DNA of 64,000 nucleotides from NCBI GenBank assembly GCA_963514005.1, contig OY740812.1, forward strand, positions 9,858,001 to 9,922,000. The letters are read 5' to 3'. The position numbers and the translations under genes are program-made. The DNA comes from Raja brachyura (lineage: Eukaryota). The notes below the pieces were generated by a model. It was not told where the DNA came from and searched no databases. It saw only the letters and a list, made by a program, of their open reading frames with translations. Of this stretch, positions 1 to 13,704 are shown piece by piece. Position 1 is the stretch's first letter. Every line of letters begins with the position of its first letter.

Positions 1-730
1 TAGAGAGATTGGATGTTATCTTTGAAAATAAGGAAGCAAATTCATTTTGGAGCTAAGATACAGCAAGGTGCAGATGGGGATGGTCTATAGGCCCAAACAG
101 TAGTGATAATGCAAGACATGGAATACATCAGGAAATTAAAAGTGCGCGCGACAAGAGTAACATAGTAGTCATGAGAAAATCCTAAATTAAATACAGATTG
201 GGAAAACTAAATTCATAGCATTTGTGCAGAGGCTGATTGCTAGGTCAGGGCTTTGAGAAATCGATGAGCAATCAAAAATGATTTTGTTCAATTTGAAATC
301 CAGATCTTAAATCTAAACTATGAACATACAAAGTTTGAATTAGCAATGGTGGATTTGGAAACGATATTAAAATATGCAACAGTAAACAAGTGGCGGCTAA
401 TATTTAAATAAACAGTACATAGTTTACATCAAATATAGAAACAAAAATTCAACAAGTGGTCCTGCCTGACTAACAAGAGAGTAAAGATAGTATTAAATCA
501 AAGGCTTATAAAGTTGCCAAAAAGTTATTTAAGTCTGATGACTGAGAACCCTTTAGAATTCAGCTAAGGAGAGCCAAGGATTAGGGGGAGTAAAAACATG
601 TATTTATGAAAGGAAAATAATGTTTACCAGCTGTGCTAAAGTTTTATATGAGTTAGTAACTTGAAGAACAGATAAGAATGAACCAGGGATGCGGAGCATT
701 TGGACTTTCAGGAGATGCCTCACAATAGAT

Positions 731-987
731 TACAGACCCCGCGTTATGGATGTTTGGGTAAACAACATTTTCCCTTACAGAATTTACAAATCCCTATCCA
801 GTGATTTGAGATATGGGGGAGAATTTGGTCTTGGATGAAATACATGTTTATGTGGGAAAAAAAGCAAACATTTATTTTTCTTAACTGGCGTTTTTTGATG
901 CATGTGCCTTTGCGTTACGGAAAAGTGCAATAATGATATGTTTTTAGGATCCCATCCCAGTGACCCATAGCACAGGGGTTGCGTGAA
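731..987. mobile_element. Possible Tc1/pogo-type MITE within degenerate CR1 sequence
   Basis: Imperfect inverted ends CAGACCCCGCGTTATGG / CCATAGCACAGGGGTTGCGTG; TA on the left side. Confidence 0.4.
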
Positions 988-2470
988 ATAAACAAAGTTA
1001 GAGCATATTGAATTGGGTGTATTATGTAGCAGTGGATTGTGGAATCATTAATAGACTGAAAACTAGCAACAAATGGGTCATAATCAGGTTTGAAAGGCCG
1101 TGTCTAGTGGCATTGTTTATTTTATTTTATTTTATTTATTATCACGTGTATCGGTGTACAGAGAAAAGCTATCTTGCATGCTATCTTAGTCAGTGGAAAG
1201 ACAATACATGATTACAATCGAGCCATGAGTACCAATGCTGGGCACCAAATAATGGTCCCGACCCAAATTCAATTCCGCCAGATATCCTGCCAGACCTACT
1301 GAGTTACTCCAGCACTTTGTCTATCTTTGATATAAACTAGCATCTGCAGTTCTTTATTTTTTAAGCTAAAGTGGACATTGGTGTTAAATGTTTGCGAGTA
1401 CCAAAGCTAGTTGAAATTCAATGTTCCAGTACGGGTGATTGACTTGGCAAGACAAGCAAGAGCCGATCACTGATTTGCTTTAATATGCCCTTTCAGGCAT
1501 TCAATGCCCTTTGTGAACATATCAGCTGTGAAGTGAAAATGTACCCTAAGATAGGTGTTTCGTCACTCTATCATCACACCATCATGAGAATTGGTTTTAG
1601 GTATGAAAGGGAGATCCAGGGGATTATAACCAAAAATGTAAAAATGCTGCTGCTAGTTGTTTAACACTGAGACTATTTTACAAAGAATGCCGCTTTCAAA
1701 GAAGCAACCAATTATAAATTCAATGAACTTTCATGAGTTGAATTTTCCTTCAATTTACTCATTTAGAATCAGCCTCCTTTGCTGATAAGACTGCTTTTAA
1801 AGTTTTTGTTTTTTACAAAAATTGGTTAACATTTCTTAGTAACGGATTACATGCATGTTAACTGCTCAGCATCTAAACGTCTGACCTGTCATAGACTATG
1901 TATGGAATCAGATATGATTTCATTGAGTAAGCTACTTTCACTGATTGGGGAAGCTATGACATGGGGCAGTGGATACTCAGTGGAGACGGGCATTAAAGGA
2001 GTGATGGTAGAAATCAAACTCATTGGGCTGAGGTGGTGGAAGTTTGGAATTCTTCTCCAGCAGCAGTCGTTGATGCTTGATCAATTGTGACCCCGAAATT
2101 TGGGGAGATGATAAATTCTCATTAACCAAAGGGTGGTGGGTGTATAGAACAAAATGCCAGAGGAGGTATTTGGGGCAGGGACTATCGCAACGTTTAAGAA
2201 ACAATTAGACGGGTACATGGAGAAGACCGGTTTAGCGAGGTATGGGCCAAACGCAGGCAGGTTCAAACGCAAGCATAGCTGGAACATGTTGGCCCATGTG
2301 GGCAAGTTGGGCTAAAGGACCTGTTTCCATGCTGCATTACTCTATGACAAGGATAGTAAATAAAGTCAGGCAAATTCCCATATATGGAGTTAGACTGTGG
2401 ATCAGTCATGATCTCACTGAGTGATGGTGGGTGGGCTCAAGGAGGAAGATCGACTCCTCCTATTGCTAAT

Positions 2471-2681
2471 AGACACAAAATGCTGCAGTAACTCAGCGGG
2501 ACAGGCAGCATCTCTGGATAGAAGGAATGGAGATTCAAGGAAGGAATCTTGAAGAAAGGTCTCGACCCAAAACATTACCTATTCTATCTATCCAGAGATG
2601 ATGCCTGTCCCGCTGAGTTACTCCAGCATTTTGTGTCTATCTTCGGTGAAAACCAGCATCTGCAATACTTTCCTACACATT
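2471..2681. mobile_element. Penelope-derived short element with inverted arms and 16-bp TSD
   Basis: TSD TCCTCCTATTGCTAAT at 2455-2470 and 2682-2697; ~60-bp inverted arms at about 2469-2530 and 2578-2640; degenerate hammerhead core at ~2549-2577. Confidence 0.8.
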
Positions 2682-3110
2682 TCCTCCTATTGCTAATTTG
2701 CTAAGTTCTTCTGACATCACGTCACCCTTTGCCACATATTCAATGAACAATTTATGATCTGACTGGATCCTATGGACCTGAATTATCGAGGCAGAGACCC
2801 CACTTCACAAATACCACTAACTCTTGGTATAGTCTGGCCCATGGACTTCACTTGTGATGTTTAGAGGTTCTTACACAGGTAACATCTGGCTATATTGGCT
2901 GTTGAGTAAACAGGAAGACAAATTAATGACGCTGCTTCTGAAATCCAGAAAAAACAAAATGATATGCTTAGATTTGAGATATTCACCTTAAAACATATGT
3001 TAGTAAGATTATACACATCACGGCCACAGCATTGGGTTTTGCATTGTTAAAATCATTCTGCATAGATTTAATTGACATTTTTGATTTTGATATTGTAATT
3101 TTCCCTATCC

Positions 3111-3403
3111 TTGACCCAGCACACTGATACAATTATAAATAAAGCACATCAACGCCTCCACTTCCTGCGAAGATTACGGAGATTCGGTACGTCAGAGAAG
3201 ATTCTCTTGAACCTCTACAGGTGCACTGTGGAGAGCATATTGACTAGTTGCATCATGGCCTGGTTCGGCAACTTGAACGTCCAGGAGCGGAAAAGACTGC
3301 AAAAAGTTGTGTACACTGCCCAGTCCATCACTGGCTTTGACCTCCACACCATTGAAGGGATTTATCGGAGTCACTGCCTCAAAAAGGCAGCCTCTGTCTC
3401 ATA
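3111..3403 (+). mobile_element. Rex1/Babar-type LINE ORF fragment
   Basis: KAHQRLHFLRRLRRF...YRCTVESILTSCIMAWFGN...ERKRLQKVV is a typical post-RT region of Rex1/Babar; homologous to 44245-44560. Confidence 0.75.
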
Positions 3404-4344
3404 AAGTGGTGAACTCAAGAGTCAAGAGTGTTTTATTGTCAGGCAGTATATCCTAGACAGAACCATTTTTACTTGCAGCAGCACAACAGAATATTTAAAC
3501 ATAGTACTCTGTAAACAATATAATAAACAAAAAAAAGGGCAGTATAAATATATACATTGGAGAATTGAGCATGGACGGCTAGACTTTCCTCCCCTTGAGC
3601 CTTTCAGATTAGGAGTTAAACTCAGGTCTCAACTCGTTGAAATATATCTTCTGGCACCTTAGTGAATATTTTGGTACTGTTTTATCTCTTAACCACTAGC
3701 AGAGCCTCTAGAGTGCATTATGTTGCTTTTGGAGAGATGTTTTAATTAGGGAGAAAAATTAGACTCAGGAAGTACTTCACTGGTTCTTCCACAGCACCTT
3801 GTCAGTTTGCAAAACACAGCTTTACCAACACAAGTTCTCTCCTTCTCTCCTTTCTAACTGTTATTCAGCTTCTGTTTCTGAAGCAACTTAACCACCGGAT
3901 GATCAAGACACAGTATAAATACATTCAGGATGTAAAAGTCCGCTTCCTCACATGTATAACGGTTTGATTATATTAGTGAATGTAAATAAACCTATCATAC
4001 CCACCCTGCCTTTCCTGTGTGATCATTGGCATGACAAGCCAGCAGGCTCATTGTAATACTATCAAATAATTTGGAAATAACAAAGCACATCTACTTGGAA
4101 ATGTTTATCTTAGACTGATTCATGGAACTCGCAACTCAGAATTAATCGCGTGATTTCCACATGATATATTAAGTTGTCATCAGAAGCTGACAGAGATTGG
4201 GTATTATGTAAGGTCTTTGAAATATTAAATGATGTTTGTTATTTTCAGTTTTTAGCCAATCTGTTGAATTTCATTCATTTATAATCCTGATTTCAATGTT
4301 GGTAAAAATCCCACCCCTAACATTACCATCAAAAGGACAAACAT

Positions 4345-4775
4345 TGACACAAAATGCTGGAGTAACTCAGCTGGACAGGCAGCACCTCTGGAGAGTCTGA
4401 ATGGGTGACGTTTCGGGTCGAGATCCTTCTTCGGACTGAGAGTGGGAGGTACATAGATAAGAAAGTGTTTAGGTAAGGTGGGAAAATAGGACAAAGGGAA
4501 TGAGGAAAAGGAAAATGCAGAATAGATCATTGTTAGTTGGGATAAGGCAACAACAAAGTAAACAGAGATAAAATGCAGTAGGAGACAGTACGACTGGCCA
4601 GAGAACTGGGAAGGGGGAGGTGATGGAGAGAGAGGGAAAGCAAGGGTTACTTGAAGTTAGAGAATTCAATGTTCATACCGCTGGGGTGTAAACTACCCAA
4701 GTGAAATATGAGGTGCTATTCCTCCAATTTGCGATAGGCATCACTCTGACAGTGGAGGAGGCCCAGAACATAATG
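4345..4775 (-). mobile_element. Penelope-like element 3' fragment with terminal repeat
   Basis: Minus frame RKLEE.HLIFHLGSLHPSGMNIEF (GIY-YIG C-terminus), then a pyrimidine-rich tract and the shared terminal repeat with a hammerhead core. Confidence 0.75.
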
Positions 4776-5579
4776 CCACCTCTGACGTGACAAACCTGAG
4801 CTTCTCGATGTCAGAGTTAGGGATTGGGGCTGGGTTGTGCGGTTTGGACTCTATGCTTGAGGTGAACTCAAACATATTAACAATAAAAGTTGTTACAGTT
4901 AGACTCAGTGTATTCAATGGAGCCAAGCCTCCCACCTTTCCTCCTCCTCTAATTTTTACAACGTGATTGAACAACTTGATGAACTTTGAATCTAACCTGA
5001 CAGTGGTGCCCTTCCAGTCAAATTGTCAAGACACGTACATGAACAATACTGTTATGAAATAACGAGGAACATCTGGAGCATTTGCTTACCATACGACAGC
5101 AAGGAATTAATCACGAGAAGAAGGAAGAAGAATAAGGAGGGATGGGATGGTGACAGGGATGGATGTGGAAGGATGGAGGGAGAGAGAAGAAGAAAGGGAA
5201 GATTTCCGTACCAAACGAATCATTCGAGTCCTAAAAGATTCATTTTAAAGTGTAGATTCTAGACTGTAATTTGGCTCATGGGTTGCATTGAATTCAGCAA
5301 TTTAATCAGGTATTAAGAGGGGCTTTAACACTTTCTTCACTATCTCTGGGTAGGCAGGAATTACTGTTCTCCACTGCTGATCGTAGTCTGGTGACCTTGA
5401 ATGGGAGTATGTTCATATATCAAGGGGGAATAATAGCAAAGTTATTTTGTAGTGCAGCTAGTAGAGCCACTGCCTCACATCTTCAGTGAGGCTGTGGTTC
5501 AATTATGGTCACGGCCACTACTCTTTGGAGTTCGCACATTCTCCCTGTGACTGCATGCAAAGAGAAGAATAAGCAGAGT

Positions 5580-6403
5580 GTAGAATATTGTGCGGATAAA
5601 TGTGAGGTTATCCACTTTGGTAGCAAAAACAGGAAGGCAGATTACTATCTAAATGGCATCAAGTTGGGAAAAGGGGAAGTACAACAGGATCTTGGGGTCC
5701 TTGGGGTCCTTGTTCATCAGTCTATGAAAGGAAGCATGCAGGTACAGCAGGCAGTGAAGAAAGCGACTGGTATGTTGGCCTTTATAATAAGAGGAATCGA
5801 ATATAGGAGCAAAGAGGTCCTTCTGCAGTTATACAGAGCCCTAGTACACCTGGAGTAGTGTATGCAGTTTTGGTCCCCTAATTTGAGGAAGGACATTCTT
5901 GCTATTGAGGGAGTGCAGCGTAGGTTTACAAGATTAATTCCCGGGATGGCGGGACTGTCATATGCTGAGAGAATGGAGCAGCTGGGCTTGTACACTCTGG
6001 AGTTTAGAAGGATGAGAGGGAATTTCATTGAAACTTATAAGATTGTTAAGCGATTGGACACGCGAGAAACATGTTCCCGATGTTGGGGAAGTCCAGAACC
6101 AGGGGCCACAGTTTAAGAATAAGGAGTAAGCCATTTAGAACGGAGATGAGGAAACACTTTTTCTCACAGAGAGTGGTGAGTCTGTGGAATTCTCTGCCTC
6201 AGAGGACAGTGGAGGCAGGTTCTCTCGATGCTTTCAAGAGAGAGCTGGATAGGGATCTTAAAAATAGCTGAGTCAGGGGATATGGGGAGAAGGCAGGAAC
6301 AGGATACTGATTGGGGATGATCAGCCATGATCACATTGAATGGCGGTGCTAGCTCGAAGGGACGAATGGCCTACTCCTGCACCTATTGTCTATTGTCTAT
6401 TGT
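5580..6403 (+). mobile_element. CR1 LINE 3' fragment (young)
   Basis: ORF2 C-terminus DKCEVIHFG...QFWSPNLRKDILAIEGVQRRFTRLIPG...FFSQRVVSLWNSLP, with (CTATTGT)n tail. Confidence 0.9.
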
Positions 6404-6607
6404 TACAGCTGTGGAGGAAGTGCAAACAAGTGCAGAGGCTGCAACAAGAAAGGATGGGAGATTACATCTTTAGCTTATGAGAGGCATGTTCAAGACTCTG
6501 ATAACAGCAGGGAAGAAGCTATTCCTGAATCTGGTGGTGGCTTTTGATCTTTTGCACAGCAAGGGAGCGGGGAAGAGGTATGACCAAGGTGTAGGTGGTC
6601 CTTGATT

Positions 6608-6855
6608 GTAGATACAAAGTGCTAAGATAAATAAGTAGGTCAAGCTGCATCTCTGGAGTACACGGGTGGGTGTCCACGTGTATCAACCTATGACCTGCCA
6701 GGCTTTGACCTGTCCCTCCTCACTTCCAGCTTGCATACCCCTCCCCTAAACCCCGTCAATCAGTCTGAAGTAGGGTCCTGAACTGAAACATCACCTATCC
6801 ATGTTCTCCAGAGATGTTGTCTGTAAATCAGCATCTGCAGTTCCTTGTTTCTACA
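6608..6855. mobile_element. Penelope-derived short element with 12-bp TSD
   Basis: TSD TGGTCCTTGATT at 6596-6607 and 6856-6867; inverted terminal-repeat arms; degenerate CTGAAGT...GAAAC core. Confidence 0.7.
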
Positions 6856-8539
6856 TGGTCCTTGATTATATTGGCCACTTTCTTGAAGCGATGTGTCCAA
6901 GGAGTTGATAGAGGGGAGGGGGTTGGTGGGTGCGGGGGAGGCTCTTTCGTGTTATGGATTGGGTTATATCCACAACTCTGCAATTTCTTGCCATCTTGGG
7001 CAATGCAGTTGCCAAACTATGTTGTGATGCATCCTAATTGGATTATTTCTACAGCGCATCTTAAAATTTGTAAGAGTCTTGAGAGACATGTTTTTAGTCT
7101 TCTGAGGAAGAAGAGGCAAGCGTAAAAGACTCAAAGAAAGCAGCAAGCATGAACATTGTTACCACAAATCAACATTGTGGTATGACTGTACGGCAAACCA
7201 AATTCCTCGTATGTTGCAAAACATACTTGGCTAATCAAGTGTGATTATGATTATGATTAAAAATAGGAAGACTAAAAGATCATCAGATACTTAAAGGGTC
7301 AGGACAACAGATAACAGCATGACCCTATTACATCTTTTCTCTCAAATTGCTTCCATTCTCAGACGTTTCGTTGGCAGCCCTCATCTCAGGCCTGCCCCAA
7401 TATATTTTGCAACTTCCTGTTTAATTTCCTTCAATCTCATTTCAATCTCACCATAAGACCAAAAGTTGCATAATCAACACATGTTGTAGTTTTGACCATG
7501 GGTTATTATCCTTCCTCAGCCACTGTAAGATTGAGTCCAGACAAGAATTCAGTTCTAATACTGCAAGAATTTGAATAGAACACAAAATGTAGAAGTTAGA
7601 TAAAACGGGAAATAATCTGCTTGCAAGTAATTAACGTAGAGTCACAGTGTGCTCCGGTTTTGAAGCCACAAACAAGGTATTAGGCAACGTAACTCATGAT
7701 GACTATACTTCTAACGTAAGGACAGCACCTGCTTTTCATGAGGTTATGACAGGTTATCAAACTTGTAATTCTACATTCCAATAAAAGTCTAGGTGGGGGG
7801 TGGGGGGGAGGGGGTTAAAGTGGAAGCAACTGCTGGAAGATGACAAGCAAGAACATTAAGACTGCAACCTTTGTGTCCTCGGATACCACCAGAGCCTGTC
7901 CAACCTTTCTTCGTTCGGGGTATCCCAACGAACAAATTGTTTCCTCATACACCAATGATTCAGATGTTGCTCCACTTTTAAAGTGATAATTACCCCTGAA
8001 CATGCAAAGTTTTATCTTTACAGCCAGAGGTAACTTATCCACCACATTTTTTTCCATTGAACTAATTATTCTAAATCAAATACTGAAAGTGTTTGTTTTA
8101 ACTTTCGTTCAAATTTTCAGCATCAACCTCTTATTGCTGGTTCAAAAATCACCATAAGGAGAGGAACAGCATTTTGAGATTTGATTGAGAGCTGACTTTG
8201 GTTCACTTAAGTTACTAATACAAGGTTAACGTTAGCATACAATAATGTTAACTTATGAAGCTATATTGCTTATAGTGTACTGTGTTCTGTTGTGCTGCTG
8301 CAAGTAAGAAATTCATTGTTCTACTTGGGACATATGACAATAAACCATACTTGACTACAAATAATCACTTGAGGTATCAGTTGGAAACATCAGGTATTCT
8401 CTCACTGGATAGAATATGGATTCATTTTTGTTCCTCTTTCTGCTATTTCAGCAACAATGAATGGGTAGCCATGAGACATGTCTTTTGAGAGTTTAGATCT
8501 ATCTGGTTAAAACTGATCTAAACTCCCATAAGACATATC

Positions 8540-10490
8540 TAATGGCTATCCATTGCATTGTAGCTACGGCAGGCAAGGGGAGATTATGGGAGCCTTGACA
8601 AGATCTTTTTGTCTTCTTTAGCCACAGGCAAAGTCCTAAAGGATTGGACGGTAGCTCACATTGTTCCTTTATTTAAGGAAGAAAGAATCCAGGGAATTTA
8701 GGCTTGTGAACCTCATGTTAGTGATAGGGAAACAATTGGAGAGGACTCACTGCAATAGGATTTAGTCCCATTTGGAAGCAAATGGGTTAATTAAGAACTG
8801 TCAACATGGGTTTGTACATGGCACATTCTGTCTTACTAACTTGCTCAAGTTTTTTTGAGGTGACGAATGTTGTTGTTGAGGGTAGGCCAGTGGATGGTGC
8901 CTACATATTGCCTTGATGTTAGTAAGGCATTTGATAAAGTCCACAATGATAGGCTGAACCACAAGATTGAGATGCATGGGATTAACTGTGACTTAGTCAG
9001 CTGGATTCTGAACTGGTTTACTGATAGAAGACAGAGGGTTGCAGTGGAACAACAATATATAGGCTGGAGACCTGTCACTAGTGGAGTTCTGCAGTGATCT
9101 CTACTGGAGACTAGGAACTCTACTGTTTGTAAATTTGCAGATGACTCCAAGATTGCTCGGGCCATGGACTGCACAAAAAGCTGCCAAGATATGCAGCGGG
9201 ATAAAGATCAGCTACAGAAATGACAGATGGAGTTTAATCCAAGCAAATGTGAGATGCTGCTCTTTGAGAGATCAACTGAAAGGGAAAATATCCTATTCGT
9301 GGCATGACCCTTAACAGCATTAATCTTCAAGGGGATCTTAGATCCAAGTCTATAGCTCACCAAAAATGACAAACACAAGTAGATGGAGTAGTAAAGATGG
9401 CACGAGGTATGCTTGCTTTCACAGGTCAGGACATAGAGTACACGAGTCAGGAAATCATGTTGCAACTTTATAGGACTTTGATTAGGCCACTTTTAGAGTG
9501 TTGCATGTAGTGCTGGTTGCACAATACTTAAAGGATATGGTGGCTTTGGACAGGATGTAGAGCAGGTTTAACATGATGCCTGGATTAGTGGGTATTAGCT
9601 ACAGCGAGAGTTTGTACAGACTTGGATTGTTTTCTCTTGACTGTAGGAGATTGCAGGAAGACTTAAAAGAATATATGAGAGACGGATAGGGTAGACATTC
9701 AGATCCTTTTTCCCCTGAATGGAAAAATCAAATACTAGAGGGCATAGCTTTAGGGTGAGAGGGAATGTTTAAAGGAGATGTGTAGTGCAACACACAGAGA
9801 GTGGCGAGTGCTTTGAACAGACTGCCGGGGGTGGTGGTTGGGGCATATACAATAGCAGCAGTCAAGAGACTTTTTATGGGCAATATGGATTAGCAGATGT
9901 AGTGGCCAATTGGCTTCTTTTGTGTGTCATTGGTGATGGCGTGTGTCTTTAAATTTTAGACTGCCCGTTATATTGTGGGTGGGATCCATGACATATTTTA
10001 CAACGTATTTGGAGCAGGTTTCTTGCGCAGAAGCTTAGTTTTTAGTTTAGGTTCGGACCAGCACAAGGAAGGCATACCCTTCGATCATGCGAAGTGTAAC
10101 GGAGACACAAGGAGTTTCCTAACGTTTCATGCAATACGCTGGAGTTCGATGAAGATTATAGTGTACAAGTCGGAAGAAGTTTGGATGTCCATTATTGTTT
10201 TTCATCAACAATAAATAATTTATTAATCAAAAAGACTGTGTTTTGAAGATTTATCTGTGAAGAAGCTCTGAAGGTCTTGGACGGAGAGCTCGCATGCGTA
10301 TAACGACATTCCCCTTAACCATGTAGTCCACTTAGCGGCTAGAGGGAGTAACCTCTTGAACGATATAAAAATCTGCCTCTACAGCAGGTAAAGGAGGGAT
10401 ATAGATTATGTGCAAGTAGATAAGAGATGGTTTGGCATTATGCTGGGTGCAGGCATTGTGGGCCAAAGGGCCTTCTCTTGTGCTGTTCTA
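8540..10490 (+). mobile_element. Degenerate CR1 LINE (RT region to 3' end), interrupted by a solo LTR
   Basis: LDVSKAFDKV...WILNWFTDRRQRVAV...SGVLQ RT motifs; CR1 3' UTR resumes at 10384. Confidence 0.8.
9898..10383 (+). mobile_element. Solo LTR (486 bp)
   Basis: TG...CA ends with short inverted repeats TGTAGTGGC / GCCTCTACA; 5-bp TSD GCAGA/GCAGG; AATAAA at 10210; cleanly interrupts a CR1 3' region. Confidence 0.7.
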
Positions 10491-10495
10491 TGTCC

Positions 10496-12362
10496 TTTTT
10501 TCACTTTAACCTTTATTGCTTTTATGTATACACAAATAAAACACAAATATAACAATGAAACATACAACAATGCAGTGAAACGTACAACAGTGCAGCGGGG
10601 GGGGGGGTCCAGTTTACAATTAATTATGCAGTATACAGAATTATTTTCTTATTAAAACATTTTCCAATAACTTACATTATTGTCAATAAAATTATACAGC
10701 GTTGATGTCTTTATTTCTATACCTAATCCATTTTTGCCATTTTCTGTTGAACTCGTCTTCTTTCACTCTTAGAGAATATGTCATTTTCTCCATGACAAAT
10801 ATTTCCTGTACTATGTCTAACCATTGTCTAAGTCTGGGTGTGTCCGCTGCAAGCCAGTTTCTTGTAATGGCCTTTCTGCCAGCTGTGAGTAGGATTTTAA
10901 CCAAGTAATGATCTTCCTTCAGCACCACTGTATTTATATTACCCAGGTATAAAATGGAACACTTCTTAGAGACTATATATCCCAATACCTCCTTTAATTC
11001 TGAATTCACTCTGTCACAAAATGGTTCTATTTTTGGGCAGCTTCAGAAGATATGTGCATGGTTTGCGTCTGTTTGGCTACATTGCCTCCAGCATGTTTGC
11101 TGCCTTAGAATTTGCTTGCTTTTTATGTTAGGTGTAATAAAGAAACAAATCAAATTTTTCCAATTAAATTCTCTCCATTTTTGTGAATTAGTGGATGTCT
11201 GTAGTGTTACACACATATGATGCCATTTTCCTTCTGAGATTGTAATGTTCAATTCCTTTTCCCACTTAAATTTTACATAAAATGCAATTTTAGCTTGACA
11301 TTCCATTAAACTATGATAAAGTTTAGAAATAATCCTTAATGTTTTTTGATGATACGCATTAACTATCACTTCTATCACTGGATTATTTTCTTCTAGTGCC
11401 TCCCTTTTTACTTTTTTATTGTAATAATCTCTCAGTTGGAGGTATCTAAACAAGTCTTGATCCGAAGTGCAAATCTATCCTTCAAATCTTGAAAACTTCT
11501 TAGGTCTCCAATTTCAACAACAGTACAAAATGCAGTCATTCCTGTCTTCATCCACTCTTTAAATGTTGAGTCATACATCCCTGGTTTAAATTCATTATCC
11601 AAAGCTATCCATCTTAAAACTTTTTGTCCTTTATTCAGTTTAAGTTGTCTGGTGAGAGTGAACCAGGTTTCTAAAGTAAATCGTTATTGGATCGATTATA
11701 CTCCTGATATGTCCAGGAAGCGCTTTTTCTCCCAAGAGTGTTTGGATATGGAGGTCAGGGATATATGTCTCAATCTCTTTCCACCTAGCTATATAGCTGT
11801 CCTCACACCAATTAATTAGTGGTTGAAGTTGGGCTGCATAGAAATATATCCTAAGGTGCCATTCCACCTTTGTCTTTTGGCAACTGGAGTGTAGTGTATC
11901 GAATTCTGGCCTTCTTTCCTCACCAAATAAATCTAGATATTAATTTATCCCATTCCATGAATTGTTTTAATGGTACCTCTATTGGCAGAGATTGAAACAA
12001 GTACAATAGCCTTGGCAAAATATTCATTTTCACCACATTTATCTTACTACTAAAATCCATTGGCTAGGTGGACCATCTTTCCATATCCTTTCTTATGTTT
12101 TGGTTGATGTGATTATAATTGGCCCCATACAACATTGATATATTTTTTGTTATATGTACCCCTAGGTATTTGATTGATTTCAAATCCCATTTAATATTAT
12201 ACTTTTGTTTGATTTCTTCTGGTGGAGGACAATATATTGAAATATTCACTTTATATCCTGCATAAAAATTAAATTTCTCTAAGATCCCCATCATCCTTGG
12301 GAATTAAGTGTTTACTTCCATGAGATACATCATTACATCATCTGCAAAAAGGCCAATGTTAT
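10496..12362 (-). mobile_element. 5'-truncated, frameshifted L1-clade LINE ORF2
   Basis: GLFADDV RT motif near 12350, KYLGVHIT, FRYLQLRDYY, CWRQC...HIF zinc knuckle, then 3' UTR with AATAAA and an A-rich end. Confidence 0.85.
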
Positions 12363-12579
12363 GTTATCGGTCTCTTATAGTTACTCCCATCAGATCCCTA
12401 TCTTGATGAATGTTCTACATCCTAAATGGCAAACATCTGAAAATTGTTCTTTTTCAATTTATAACCACGACTGCTCACACTTACTAATTCAATACCTTGT
12501 GCTGAATTTTAATGCAGCCAAGGGGCCACAATTCACTATCTTCTGTATTGAGACAACAGGGCACAACAGCTGATCTAGA

Positions 12580-13220
12580 ATCTTGGACTAATAATCCAGA
12601 TACAAATTCCAATACAGCAGCACTTTGGGAGGTCAAATGCAAGTGTAAAGTATACAGTTAATGGCGAGATCCATAACAGCTTGATATACGGAGGGATTTT
12701 GGGGCACAAGTCTATAACTCTGAAAGTGGCAGCACAGTAGATCGAGTGGTAAAGAAAGCATATTGTATGCTTGCCTTCACAGATCAGTGCATTGAGTGCA
12801 CGAGTTAGGAAATGATTCACAGGACTTTCTTTAAGCTGCATTTGGAGTACAGTGTGCAATTCTGGCTTGCCCGATTGCAGAAAGAAAATGAATGGGCAAG
12901 GGAGAATGTCAGCCTTTTTGCCCCAGGGTGAAAATGTAAAAGACTAGGGTGCGTAACTTTAAAGTGAGAGGGGAAGAATTTAAAGGCGATATCAGGGCAA
13001 GTTTTAAAAAATAATTAAATTGGTGGGTGCCTGGAACACATCGCCAGGGTGATGGTGGCAGCTGATACAGTAGTGGGATTAAAAATGTTTTTTTAGATAC
13101 GCACATGATATGCATGCATTGGAGGGGCTTGGATCACAGACAGCAGAGGAATTTAGTTTTACTTGACATCATGTTCACCATGGACATTGTGGGTTGAGGG
13201 GCCTGTTCATGTGCTGTGAT
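12580..13220 (+). mobile_element. Degenerate CR1 3' fragment
   Basis: Similar to 9240-9880 and other CR1 3' ends (GGGCCTGTT..TGTGCTGT tail). Confidence 0.7.
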
Positions 13221-13704
13221 AGTCAAGATTCAATTTAATTGTCACATGTACCAATTAAGGTACAGCGAAATCAAGAGTTTAAAAATATTCTATGTTCTCA
13301 TGAAGTGGACGGTTTGGAGAACTTAACATTTGCTCGAGCCTTTAACTAAGCTTGAAATGAATGGTGACATGATACTGTTCAATTACCTTCTTTCCTAGGA
13401 CATTTAAGAAAACAGAAGATTTCCCAGGAAAGAAAATAACTGGTCAGTTCCGTATTATTTTGATTGAATAGGCACTGTCCGGATTTTAATTAGTTTGAGA
13501 GGGCGGGGGGAGTCATTAGATAAAGTAAATTTTGAAGCATTTTGAAGTCTCAGGAAGGGTTTAGTAAACCATTTGGTTTCCTCCTGCAACACATTTACCC
13601 AACCTTCCAAGGTTTCCGAATTAATCGAGTGTAACCCATATTGTTGTGTAGTGGCTATAGCACGTCATTAATAGGGTCGTGAAACAGAAATGAACACCAA
13701 GATG

